Positions 8,527-18,052 of a stretch of 64,000 bases of DNA are shown here, piece after piece. The DNA comes from an uncultured Candidatus Saccharibacteria bacterium (GTDB taxonomy: Bacteria; Patescibacteriota; Dojkabacteria; SC72). Under the pieces are notes generated by a model. That model made no database searches. It was not told the origin of the DNA and saw only the letters and a list, made by a program, of their open reading frames with translations. The stretch is taken from the NCBI GenBank assembly GCA_964514595.1, contig CAZEQZ010000002.1:250898-314897 (forward strand), written 5' to 3'. Positions within the stretch are counted from its first letter, which is position 1. The number at the start of each line of letters is the position of its first letter. Made by a program: the position numbers and the translations under genes.

Positions 8527-10967
8527 TGGAAAATATAAATGATAACTACAACAGAACATTCGAAAATAAAGCGTCACAGATGCTGGGGGAACAGGAGAAA
8601 AAGTTCCAAACTCCAGGAGAAAAATATAAAGAATTTCAAGAAAAGATTGCTGTAGAGCCAACCGACAATGGTGACAAAGTTAACTATAATAGATACAACG
8701 AACCAATACCAAAGGATGAAGAGAATAAAAAGAAGAAGAGTCTTCTGTTGGGAATTTTGGATAATCTTTCCGACATGTTTTCTAAAAAAGATAAAAAGAA
8801 AAAGGAAGAGCCTAAGGAAGAAGAAAAAGAGGATGTACAGGAAGAACAAGGACCGGAGGGTGTCGTTTCTTCAGACCTTTCTGTACAAGATATAGTAGCT
8901 CCAATAGATTTGGAAGTTGATTTTAATCATTTGGAGATGGGGGATTATTATTTCAAAACATTATTTGTAAGTGGATATCCTAGATTTGTTGGGCCTAACT
9001 GGCTCTCCCCCATAATAAACTTTGAACACTCTCTTAGAATTAGTACTTTTTACTACCCTGTTGATTCCAAAACTATACTAGAAAAGCTTAAGAAGAAAAT
9101 CGGTGAAATGGAGGCATCTCTATATTCTCAAATGGAGGACAGAAAAGTAGTTGATCCGTCTTTGAAGGTGGCACTTTCCGATGCCCAACAGTTGCAAGAT
9201 TCCATAGCCGAAGGAACTGAGAAGTTTTTCCATTTCTCAATGTATATAACTCTGTATGCAAGAGACAAAGAGCTGTTAGAGAAGATAGGAAGGAACGTAA
9301 CCTCAACATTGGCTGCAATAAATGTGACCGCGAAACCCGCTACACTACAACAAGAGCAAGGTTTTGTAAGTACACAACCCCTAGGTCTAGACAATCTATA
9401 CATAACTAGAAATATGGATACCACCTCCCTTGCTACCACATTTCCATTTGTGACTTCAGAGCTAACAATGGATCACGGAATTATGTATGGACTTAATCTA
9501 CACAACAAGAGTCTTGTCATATTCGATAGGTTTGAATTAGAAAATGCAAATACTGTAGTATTCGCAAAATCTGGTGCAGGTAAGAGCTATTTTGTAAAAC
9601 TGGAAGCTGTCAGAAGCCTTATGCTTGGAACTGAGATCATTATTATAGACCCAGAGAGAGAGTATGAGGATTTGGCTCAAGCTGTAAATGGTGCATATAT
9701 TTCCTTCTCCCAGGATAAAGGGAACAAAATGAATCCTTTCGAGCTTTCAGGAGTTACAGAAGAGGGAGATGATGAATTAAGGATGAAGATGTTAGCACTA
9801 CAGGGATTTTTTAGGGTCCTTTTTGGGGATATTACAAATATTGAAGCCTCTATATTGGATAGGGCTCTAATTCTCACATACAGAGAAAAAGGAATAACAT
9901 TTGATCCTGCAACTCAAACTAAAACTCCTCCTATGCTAGAAGATCTGTACAAAGTCCTAAAGGGCATGGCAGAAACAGAGGCGCATGGACTAGCTAGAAG
10001 GCTTGAAAAATATATCATAGGTAGTGGTGCTGGAGTATTTAATGAGGCAAGCAACTTTGAAATTAACAACCCATTTACAGTATTCAGTATCAGAGATCTA
10101 CAAGAGGAATTGAAACCTTTAGCAATGTACCTAATGCTGGATTTTATATGGACAAAAATTAGGAAAGAGAGAAAGAGAAGACTACTCGTAGTAGACGAGG
10201 CTTGGTATATGATGCAATCGGAAGATTCAGCTAGATTCATGTACTCCATAGCTAAAAGAGCTAGAAAATACTACCTTGGACTATCGACTATAACTCAAGA
10301 TGTTGCAGATTTTCTTAATACAGACATGGGAAGAGCAATAATTTCTAACTCATCTATGCAAATGCTAATGATGCAAAGCCCTACTGCTGTAGAGAAACTA
10401 CAAACCGTGTTCAACCTCTCAGATGGAGAGAAAAATTTCCTTCTAAACTGTGATAAAGGACAAGGGCTATTTTTTGCTGGATCAAACCATGTTGGAATAC
10501 AGGTTCTCTCTAGCGTCGAAGAGCATGAATTAATTACTTCAGATCCTAGAGATTTAGAGAAGTTAAGAGAGAGAAAAGGAACAGAAGAAACCAGAACCTT
10601 AGAAGAGCTCTCTCAAATATATGAACCACCGGCTGAGCAACGACCTTTGAGGGATGGAGGTAATTTGAAGAGACAAGAGCAGGTTATAGAAGAGGCAATA
10701 CGAAGAACAGAGGGTCATAAAAGCTTATTAGAAAAGGAACGAGAACAGTATCAAAGAGAATTGGAGGAAAGATTAAAAGCACAAGAAATGGAGCTTAATC
10801 CTGAGAAATACAAAAGTCAAAAAACTTTCCTGGAAGAACTCAAGGAGGGAACAATATCCGGTCAAGTAGTAAGATCGAGAGAAGATATACAAAGAGGAAA
10901 GAAACATTTAACTCCTCAAGGAGTAATTGAAAGTTATCCATCAGAAGAAAATGGAAGAGAGCAATAA
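8526..10967 (+). CDS. virB4: VirB4-like type IV secretion/conjugation ATPase
   Basis: Walker A AKSGAGKS, IIIIDPEREY, Walker B LLVVDEAW, RARKYYLGLSTITQ; charged N- and C-terminal extensions. Confidence 0.88.
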   Translation: MENINDNYNRTFENKASQMLGEQEKKFQTPGEKYKEFQEKIAVEPTDNGDKVNYNRYNEPIPKDEENKKKKSLLLGILDNLSDMFSKKDKKKKEEPKEEEKEDVQEEQGPEGVVSSDLSVQDIVAPIDLEVDFNHLEMGDYYFKTLFVSGYPRFVGPNWLSPIINFEHSLRISTFYYPVDSKTILEKLKKKIGEMEASLYSQMEDRKVVDPSLKVALSDAQQLQDSIAEGTEKFFHFSMYITLYARDKELLEKIGRNVTSTLAAINVTAKPATLQQEQGFVSTQPLGLDNLYITRNMDTTSLATTFPFVTSELTMDHGIMYGLNLHNKSLVIFDRFELENANTVVFAKSGAGKSYFVKLEAVRSLMLGTEIIIIDPEREYEDLAQAVNGAYISFSQDKGNKMNPFELSGVTEEGDDELRMKMLALQGFFRVLFGDITNIEASILDRALILTYREKGITFDPATQTKTPPMLEDLYKVLKGMAETEAHGLARRLEKYIIGSGAGVFNEASNFEINNPFTVFSIRDLQEELKPLAMYLMLDFIWTKIRKERKRRLLVVDEAWYMMQSEDSARFMYSIAKRARKYYLGLSTITQDVADFLNTDMGRAIISNSSMQMLMMQSPTAVEKLQTVFNLSDGEKNFLLNCDKGQGLFFAGSNHVGIQVLSSVEEHELITSDPRDLEKLRERKGTEETRTLEELSQIYEPPAEQRPLRDGGNLKRQEQVIEEAIRRTEGHKSLLEKEREQYQRELEERLKAQEMELNPEKYKSQKTFLEELKEGTISGQVVRSREDIQRGKKHLTPQGVIESYPSEENGREQ

Positions 10968-11184
10968 TACACAAAATACAATCAATCTCTCAGACTATCT
11001 GGTAACACAAGCTGTTGATACTAAGACTCTGTCGCAAGACAAGCTTTCTTCCGATCTGGAACAGCTAAGTAAAGCAGAAGAGAAAAGTACATACAAAGCC
11101 AACATAGCTAAGGGTATAGCTAATCCACAGGTAAGGAGAGCTGTATCTGCATTGAAACTTGCGAATCCTTTTAGAGGTTATTAA
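10951..11184 (+). CDS. Small hypothetical protein
   Basis: ATG at 10951 (MEESNNTQ) overlaps the virB4 stop; the ORF track's TTG start at 10927 is less likely. Confidence 0.55.
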   Translation: MEESNNTQNTINLSDYLVTQAVDTKTLSQDKLSSDLEQLSKAEEKSTYKANIAKGIANPQVRRAVSALKLANPFRGY

Positions 11185-12350
11185 CTGAGAGGACCTTGAT
11201 CAGCTAAAACATACTGATTAAGATTTGAGCTATTAATAACTATTGGCAACTGCTTCCCCTCCACTATCATCCTGGCTGCACTTCTAACCATTGTTGTGAT
11301 ATTTCTTTCTAACTGCCTAATACCCGCATCAAAACCGACAGGTCTGATAACTAGTGGCCATACATCATCTTCAATACGAATATATTCTGAAGAGAGATTT
11401 AGATTTTCCAAAACACGTGGGAGTATATACTGTTTTGCAATTACCTCTTTTTCTTCATCAGAATAGCTGGTAAATCTAATAACCTCTACACGATCAAGGA
11501 GAGCTGCAGACAATCCACCTAAGTTATTTGCCGTACATACAAAGAAGACACCCGATAGATCTATTGGATAATCGATATAGTGATCAATAAAGGTGGCATT
11601 TTGTTCAGGATCTAAAATCTCAAGTAGTGCGGCCATTACATCATTTAACAACCCTGCGTTCCCACTAGACTTCTCTATCTCATCCAACAATATTACAGGG
11701 TTCATAGTACCGCACCTAATTAATGACTTCACTATTTGCCCTGGCTCCGCATCTATAGAATATCTAGGAGTACCTCTTAAAGTTCTAACATCCCCTATTG
11801 CTCCTAAAGAGACTCTTGAGAACTTTCTTCCCATAGATGATGCTATTGACTTTGCAATAGAGGTCTTACCGACACCTTGCAATCCCAGAAAAAGAAAAAC
11901 TGGAGCATTTGCAGAGGAACCCTTCAACATTGCCATATCAACATTCCCCTCCTGCTGATTACTAATTACGCCGGGAACCTGCGAAGGCATGCCTACTCTT
12001 TGTACTCCTCCCATACTCTGAAGTTGCATCGTGGCAAGATAGTCTAGGATTAAATCCTTAATCGTGTCCATTCCGTAGTGTGTTTTGTCCATCAAATTCT
12101 TTGCATTATTCAAATCAAAGCTATCCCTAGATCTAATACCCCAAGGAATCCTGGTAATCCAATCTACATACTTATTCACAGTTTCAAACTCTGCCCCATA
12201 TCCCCCCATCTTAAACATTCTTTTCAACCTATGTACACCTCTCATAGCTTCATCCTTTAGATCTTGGGGCACATTAGAAGATACAAGCTTATTCTCAAGC
12301 TCTATTATCTCATTTAAATTTTCATCAACGACAGAATTAGAGTAATCCAT
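11181..12350 (-). CDS. Lon-type AAA+ ATPase lacking the N-domain and the protease domain
   Basis: YVDWITRIPW, HYGMDTIKDLILDYLA, GLQGVGKTS, MNPVILLDEIEK, ALLEILDPEQNATFIDHY, AGIRQLER; ends before the Ser-Lys protease domain. Confidence 0.88.
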   Translation of the reverse strand: MDYSNSVVDENLNEIIELENKLVSSNVPQDLKDEAMRGVHRLKRMFKMGGYGAEFETVNKYVDWITRIPWGIRSRDSFDLNNAKNLMDKTHYGMDTIKDLILDYLATMQLQSMGGVQRVGMPSQVPGVISNQQEGNVDMAMLKGSSANAPVFLFLGLQGVGKTSIAKSIASSMGRKFSRVSLGAIGDVRTLRGTPRYSIDAEPGQIVKSLIRCGTMNPVILLDEIEKSSGNAGLLNDVMAALLEILDPEQNATFIDHYIDYPIDLSGVFFVCTANNLGGLSAALLDRVEVIRFTSYSDEEKEVIAKQYILPRVLENLNLSSEYIRIEDDVWPLVIRPVGFDAGIRQLERNITTMVRSAARMIVEGKQLPIVINSSNLNQYVLADQGPLS

Positions 12351-12375
12351 AAAAGGCAGGTTTAATTATATCTAA

Positions 12376-12404
12376 AGTGTATATTCACAAGAGAATTAAG
12401 TCAA
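12376..12404 (-). promoter_or_regulatory. sigma70-type promoter for the Lon-like ATPase
   Basis: Minus strand TTGACT-N17-TACACT; the -35 is one arm of the inverted repeat AGTCAAA-taa-TTTGACT (12399-12415). Confidence 0.55.
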
Positions 12405-12481
12405 ATAATTTGACTATTAACTATTGATATTATCCATTTAGCATGATAATCTTTACCTAGATAATATAAACTGCCTTTAAG

Positions 12482-13723
12482 ATGAAAAAACTTAATATAT
12501 TTCTGGCTTCTTTGTTGATAACGCTATTCCCCTTGCAAGTGTTAGCTGCTGTAGACATTACCCTAAAAGATAATTCGACCACTGATGTGATGAGTGTTTC
12601 TGTTACAGTCAACACTGGAACAGACACTCTTGAGAAAATCGTTCTTCCTATTAGATTCTCTGATGGTGTCAGTATAACAGAGGTAAATACAGGAACAATT
12701 AATTGCGATACTTTCGATTATGCCGAGGTTAGAGATATTGTTAAGATCACATGTGAGCTTGGAAGTGCTTCCGAGGTCGATGGGGTGTTAGCAAATATAC
12801 TTTTCTCTTCCACAGAAACAGATTACTATTTTGTAATAGGAGAAGATGATACTGATTTGGACATAGGGGAATTAGAGTTGGGCAATGTTGTAAATGTAGG
12901 AGAGATAGAAGAAGCTGAGGAAATAGATGATGAGGAAACTTTTTTTGAAGAGGATCCTTTACTTATATCTACACAACAAGAAGCTGAAGAAGAGACAGGA
13001 TTTAGCATGGACAAATTAACTGAGTATTTACCGTATGTATTAATAGCTGGATCTGTAGTTCTCCTAATTAGTATAGTCGGAATACTGTTAAGTAGGAAAA
13101 AAGAGTCTGGAACTATCCCTGAAGATTCTACCACACCTAGCCCCGTAGAAACTCCTTCAACGCCAACAGAAGAGCCCACTTTAAAAGATATGGTAAATCA
13201 ACCAGAGGCCGAAGTTGTACAACCAACACCTGAGGTGGCCCAAGAGGTCAGTATGGCAGAAAACGTTTCTATGCCGCAAACACCAGCAGTACCTCCAGTA
13301 ACTGAAGTAGCTACTCCACCTGCTATGAGCTCTCCTACATCTGAGAGTCAGGATTTACAAGACATTTTACAAAGCGAATCAACTGATATGCCACCAGCTC
13401 CACCAATGGTGGAACAAACTTCCCCCGTTATGCCTACACAGGAAGCACCGACTACTCCAGAGGTACCGTTCACAAGCAACCTTGATGTTAATCAACCACC
13501 TGCACAGGCACCTGTTGCACAACCAGAAAATGTAATACCGGAGGCTCCAATGGGAGGCCCTGCTACTGTGGAAGACTTACAAAATAGCATTAATGCAGAG
13601 ATACAAAATATGGGAACACCTCCCGTAGAAGCAACACCCTTAACACAGGCTCCGAATGTAACTGCACCTGCTGATACAACAACTGAGAACGAGGATTATC
13701 CTCCAGTTCCACCAGTAATGTAG
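12482..13723 (+). CDS. Surface protein: signal peptide, cohesin-like beta domain, acidic linker, TM, long Pro/Thr/Glu-rich tail
   Basis: Signal peptide ..QVLA/A; beta-rich domain with a Cys pair; TM YVLIAGSVVLLISIVGILL followed by SRKK; about 200 aa low-complexity tail. Confidence 0.7.
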   Translation: MKKLNIFLASLLITLFPLQVLAAVDITLKDNSTTDVMSVSVTVNTGTDTLEKIVLPIRFSDGVSITEVNTGTINCDTFDYAEVRDIVKITCELGSASEVDGVLANILFSSTETDYYFVIGEDDTDLDIGELELGNVVNVGEIEEAEEIDDEETFFEEDPLLISTQQEAEEETGFSMDKLTEYLPYVLIAGSVVLLISIVGILLSRKKESGTIPEDSTTPSPVETPSTPTEEPTLKDMVNQPEAEVVQPTPEVAQEVSMAENVSMPQTPAVPPVTEVATPPAMSSPTSESQDLQDILQSESTDMPPAPPMVEQTSPVMPTQEAPTTPEVPFTSNLDVNQPPAQAPVAQPENVIPEAPMGGPATVEDLQNSINAEIQNMGTPPVEATPLTQAPNVTAPADTTTENEDYPPVPPVM

Positions 13724-13732
13724 ATACAGGGA

Positions 13733-14296
13733 TTATTTAAAATTCTTCCACATTTGGCTACCTTTTACTTTGAGGTCTCCAGCATATTTGTTCTTCAAAC
13801 TCTTTGTACCATACGGTCTTTCACATTTTCCATCTAAAACTTCAAAAGCCATTTGAGCTATCTTCATTCCAGGATATATTTTAATAGGTAAAGGAGACAC
13901 ATTTGCTAATTCTAGAGTCATTCTAAGTTTGTTTCCTGGATCAAGAAACCCTGCAGTAGCATGTACTATCAACCCTATTCTTCCAAGAGAACTCTTTCCC
14001 TCCAATCTACCTACATGAGTATCATCCACCCCGGTTATTTCCTTCACATTAGCCAAAACAAATTCCCCTGGATGAATTATAAATCCCTCCTTCTCACTCA
14101 CCTTTATCTCTCTCATCAATTTATCTTGCTTTTTCTTTACATCTATCATTGCAACACTCTCTTTGTTAAAAACTAAAAAGTACTTATCCAAATGCAAATC
14201 ATAGGTAGCAGGTTGTAGAAATTCTTCTGAGAAGGGCTCTATAACTATACTACCATCTTTTATTTTCTCCTTAATAGCTCTGTCTGAGAGTATCAT
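13733..14296 (-). CDS. dcd: dCTP deaminase
   Basis: MILSDRAI, LQPATYDLHL, GKSSLGRIGL, AGFLDPG, PGMKIAQ. Confidence 0.95.
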   Translation of the reverse strand: MILSDRAIKEKIKDGSIVIEPFSEEFLQPATYDLHLDKYFLVFNKESVAMIDVKKKQDKLMREIKVSEKEGFIIHPGEFVLANVKEITGVDDTHVGRLEGKSSLGRIGLIVHATAGFLDPGNKLRMTLELANVSPLPIKIYPGMKIAQMAFEVLDGKCERPYGTKSLKNKYAGDLKVKGSQMWKNFK

Positions 14297-14313
14297 AATT
14301 GATAATTATTAAT

Positions 14314-15909
14314 TTAACTTCTATCTACAAACTGATGCTTATCATCTATCTTAGGCTCTATTATCTTCCTTAATAAAGGTCTCCATATTGGGTCTATATA
14401 TGACAAATTTCTTAGCCATTCATACGATAATCGTCTATACGCTATATGCCCCCCATTCTTGGTCCTTAGATTAATGACATATTGAAGATCATCAAAAGAA
14501 CCGTAGAATATATACCTAGTACTATGTCCATGAGGAAGTAAGTATTTTGTAAACTCATCACAAACCTCTTTAGAAAGCGTTTCCTTTGCCATTCTCCTCC
14601 ATTCCTTTATTCTCTCATACGTATCTATTAGTCTAGACTCATACTCCTTCCTGAGTTTGGAAAGAGAAGGAATATCTAAATAATCACACAAATAGAAGCA
14701 CTGATCATTTCTTCTATCTAATTCTTGATCCATATCTATCTGATCATGAAATATTGGAATAAATCTCTCCATACTTCTATGCCTATTCAAATCTTTCAAT
14801 GTTCCTAAGGTAGCAAAACCCTCTATCTTAACAGCTCCGGATTGCCCTATATTTCCCATCGTATTATGTTGATCGTGCTTTTCGAAGATGATTTCTCCTA
14901 TCTCTTCCTGATCCAACTCTGAGAACTCAAATTCGTTTTTTGAACCCAATGGATTAATCAAGGCTTCGTAGTGGGAAATTAATGCCTCCATACAATCAGG
15001 AGAATAAGATACCTTTATTCCCTCTAATTCACTTTCAGGAAGATTAGACAGCTGCTCGGTAGACATTTCCTGCTTTAAATATTTTACTACTTCCTCGGTT
15101 GAACTCTTTCTACAACTATTAGAATCTGTGTGCCTTATCAAACCATCAGCCTCCCGCACATATCCCCTAGCCTCCAAAGAGGATTCTCCCAAAAGGTTGA
15201 GAAGAAAATCTGCCAACGAATTATCCACTACAGAATCACTAGAACAAAGATAGCTTATCATATCAGACCAATTTCTAGCAGACATAAGATATGCAGAACT
15301 AGTATTGAGCCCATATGGCAATAGATATCTTGCTACATCGAATGATCTTGCCTTCAAAGAGGATACTTCCTGAGAGCTTTCACTGTTTATTCTAAAATAT
15401 TTTTCTAACGCGCCTTTCGTAATGGACAATAACTCTCTGTAATCCTTCATCTGCTTTAGAATAATTCTTTCATACTCCCTACTCACCTCATTATTATCAC
15501 AGACCTCCCTTGGTATTTTTATAAATTCAGGATTTCTAAAATCTTGATACCTAGTGGACCTCTCTTGCCCAGAAACAACTGAATTTATATAGAAGATTTT
15601 CATTGCTGTATACATCGGGATATTCTCTATGCACACAAATAGGTCTGCCATATCTCCAACAGACTTATGCCCATACCCAGAGAATATCTTTTCCAATCTC
15701 TCAGCAGCATCTGTACCACTTTTAATAATCTCATTTGCGATATCGATTATAGAGTCTGCAGATCTACTATACCTTGCCCCTAAATATGCATTTATGGAGG
15801 GTTGCTTAGATTCACAATTTTGAAGAAGAGTATGTACCTTGAATTTATTCCACATATCTTCTGACCTTACGGTGGCAATGTGTAGATCTTTCCTAAAACT
15901 TAACTTCAT
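14314..15909 (-). CDS. thyX: FAD-dependent thymidylate synthase, double-length (tandem-domain) form
   Basis: GYGHKSVGD, QERSTRY, FDVARYLLP in the N-half; DLNRHRS, YVINLRT, GHIAYR in the C-half; next to dcd. Confidence 0.88.
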   Translation of the reverse strand: MKLSFRKDLHIATVRSEDMWNKFKVHTLLQNCESKQPSINAYLGARYSRSADSIIDIANEIIKSGTDAAERLEKIFSGYGHKSVGDMADLFVCIENIPMYTAMKIFYINSVVSGQERSTRYQDFRNPEFIKIPREVCDNNEVSREYERIILKQMKDYRELLSITKGALEKYFRINSESSQEVSSLKARSFDVARYLLPYGLNTSSAYLMSARNWSDMISYLCSSDSVVDNSLADFLLNLLGESSLEARGYVREADGLIRHTDSNSCRKSSTEEVVKYLKQEMSTEQLSNLPESELEGIKVSYSPDCMEALISHYEALINPLGSKNEFEFSELDQEEIGEIIFEKHDQHNTMGNIGQSGAVKIEGFATLGTLKDLNRHRSMERFIPIFHDQIDMDQELDRRNDQCFYLCDYLDIPSLSKLRKEYESRLIDTYERIKEWRRMAKETLSKEVCDEFTKYLLPHGHSTRYIFYGSFDDLQYVINLRTKNGGHIAYRRLSYEWLRNLSYIDPIWRPLLRKIIEPKIDDKHQFVDRS

Positions 15910-15921
15910 TATTTATCTAGA

Positions 15922-17151
15922 TTAACTTATACCAGGTATCGGGAATTTAGAAGAAAACTTCTTCACTTCCTTTTTAAGTGATACCAGAGAATTCTCATCT
16001 ATTCCTTTTTTTAATGAAGAATCTATATATTCTGCTATCTTAATCATCTCTTTCTCTTTCATTCCTCTAGTCGTAATAGCGGGAGTACCAATCCTAACAC
16101 CAGATGGATCCCAAGGCTTCCTAGGATCATTTGGTATTGCATTCTTATTTAACGTAATATTTACCTTCTCTAGTAGCGTTGATGCCTCCTCTCCAGCCAT
16201 CCCTACAGAATTGACAACATCAACAAGAAATAGATGATTATCTGTCCCTCCAGATATTATTTTGTACCCTCTTTTAGAAAGCTCCTCTGAGAGAACTTTA
16301 GCATTGGTTATAACTTGCTTGGAGTATCTTTTAAATTCCTTTGTACTAGCTTCCTTCAATGCTACAGCTATACCTGCCGTAATATGATTATGTGGCCCTC
16401 CCTGAAGACCTGGGAAAACCGCTTTATCTATTCTTTCGCCTAACTCATTATTTGTCATTATAATAGCTCCCCTAGGGCCTCTAAGGGTCTTATGTGTAGT
16501 TGTAGTCACTACATCAGCTATACCTACGGGGGAAGGATACAAGCCCGTAGCTACTAATCCAGCTACATGAGCTATATCTGCAACTAAATATGCTCCCACC
16601 TCATCTGCTATATCTTTGAATTTCTTCCAATCAATAATTCTAGAATATGCCGAAAATCCAGCCCATATTAATTTAGGCCTATGCTCCTGAGCTATCTTAA
16701 GAACTTCATCGTAGTCAATATATCCATCCCCGTTCACACCATAGCTTCTAGAGTTATAGTATTTACCCGATATTGAAACTTTAAAACCATGAGTTAAATG
16801 GCCACCAGAATCTAGTGCCATACCTAATGTCCTATCCCCTGGTTCTAATAGTGCGAAATGAACAGCTAAATTAGCTGGAGAGCCCGAATATGGTTGCACA
16901 TTAACATATTCTGCTTTAAAAAGCTCTTTTGCTCTCTGTATAGCCTCTCTCTCTATCTCATCAATAAATTCATTCCCCTTGTAGTATCTTTTACCTGGAT
17001 ATCCTTCCGAATACTTATTAGTTAGTATGGAGCCCATACACTTGAGGACATCTTTAGAGACATAGTTTTCCGAAGCTATAAGCTCTATACCCTCTATCTG
17101 TCTCTTTGATTCTTTCTGAATTAACTCGTGTATCTTCTTGTCTTCAACCAT
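15922..17151 (-). CDS. glyA: Serine hydroxymethyltransferase
   Basis: LIASENY, NKYSEGYPGKRYY, TTTTHKTLRGPRG, SGVRIGTPAITTRG. Confidence 0.98.
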   Translation of the reverse strand: MVEDKKIHELIQKESKRQIEGIELIASENYVSKDVLKCMGSILTNKYSEGYPGKRYYKGNEFIDEIEREAIQRAKELFKAEYVNVQPYSGSPANLAVHFALLEPGDRTLGMALDSGGHLTHGFKVSISGKYYNSRSYGVNGDGYIDYDEVLKIAQEHRPKLIWAGFSAYSRIIDWKKFKDIADEVGAYLVADIAHVAGLVATGLYPSPVGIADVVTTTTHKTLRGPRGAIIMTNNELGERIDKAVFPGLQGGPHNHITAGIAVALKEASTKEFKRYSKQVITNAKVLSEELSKRGYKIISGGTDNHLFLVDVVNSVGMAGEEASTLLEKVNITLNKNAIPNDPRKPWDPSGVRIGTPAITTRGMKEKEMIKIAEYIDSSLKKGIDENSLVSLKKEVKKFSSKFPIPGIS

Positions 17152-17195
17152 ACTGATGTATTTTACAGGATATATCGGGGTAAATAAATATAATA

Positions 17196-18050
17196 CTATC
17201 TTTGGCTGTTTTTATAACAATCCATCACATTTAACATCAAACAAGCAATTGTCATCGGACCAACTCCGCCTGGGACTGGAGTTATGTATGACGGAATTCC
17301 TTTGACACTTTCCCAATCCACATCTCCTACTAGCTTCCCAGTTTCAGGATGCCTGTTAGAGCCAACATCTACCAATACCACACCACTCTTTAGGAAATCA
17401 CCTTTAACTAACAATGCTTTACCAGTTGCACAAACCAATATGTCCGCACTTCTTGAAACCTCCTTTATATCGACCGTATGGGAATTACAAAGTGTGACAG
17501 TTGCATTCTTTCTTAGCATCATCGCAGCCAGAGGTGTACCGATTATATTGCTGGATCCTAATATCACTACATGTTTACCAAATATCTTAATACTGTACTC
17601 TTCCAGTAACCTCATAATCCCCACGGGTGTCGCAGGAGCTATTGCAGATGGATCTTTTTGGAAAAGCTTTCCTAAATTTACAGCAGTCAAACCATCCACA
17701 TCCTTTTTTGGATCTATACTTTCCAAAACTAAATCTGTATTTATATGATCTGGTAATGGAAGCTGAACCATGAAACCATCTACTTCTGGAAACCTATTTA
17801 GTGTATCAATAAGATTTATAACATCTACTGTATTAACAGAATTATCCAAATGATGTACTTGCCCTATCATTCCAACTTCACCAGCTACCTTCTCCTTCAT
17901 CCCCACATACTTTATACTTCCGAAATCGTCACCAACTAATATCATATCTAAACGAGGGATTCTCCCCCCATCCTTTCTAATATTTTCTATATCAGAGGAC
18001 ATCCTATCCAATATTTCCTGTGCTTTCTGTTTTCCATCTAATATCTCCAT
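17196..18050 (-). CDS. folD: Methylene-THF dehydrogenase/cyclohydrolase
   Basis: VQLPLP, KDVDGL, PATPVGI, TPVPGGVGPMT. Confidence 0.97.
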   Translation of the reverse strand: MEILDGKQKAQEILDRMSSDIENIRKDGGRIPRLDMILVGDDFGSIKYVGMKEKVAGEVGMIGQVHHLDNSVNTVDVINLIDTLNRFPEVDGFMVQLPLPDHINTDLVLESIDPKKDVDGLTAVNLGKLFQKDPSAIAPATPVGIMRLLEEYSIKIFGKHVVILGSSNIIGTPLAAMMLRKNATVTLCNSHTVDIKEVSRSADILVCATGKALLVKGDFLKSGVVLVDVGSNRHPETGKLVGDVDWESVKGIPSYITPVPGGVGPMTIACLMLNVMDCYKNSQR

Positions 18051-18052
18051 AA

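Noticed and set aside
7061-11184. Integrative conjugative element or prophage
   Set aside because: No integrase, relaxase, coupling protein, phage genes, att-like direct repeats or obvious compositional shift in the window; flanked by core genes.
11181-12350. lon pseudogene by frameshift
   Set aside because: The ATPase motifs are intact, the promoter is present, and the sequence past the stop is occupied by the convergent operon, with no protease-domain remnant that I could recognise.
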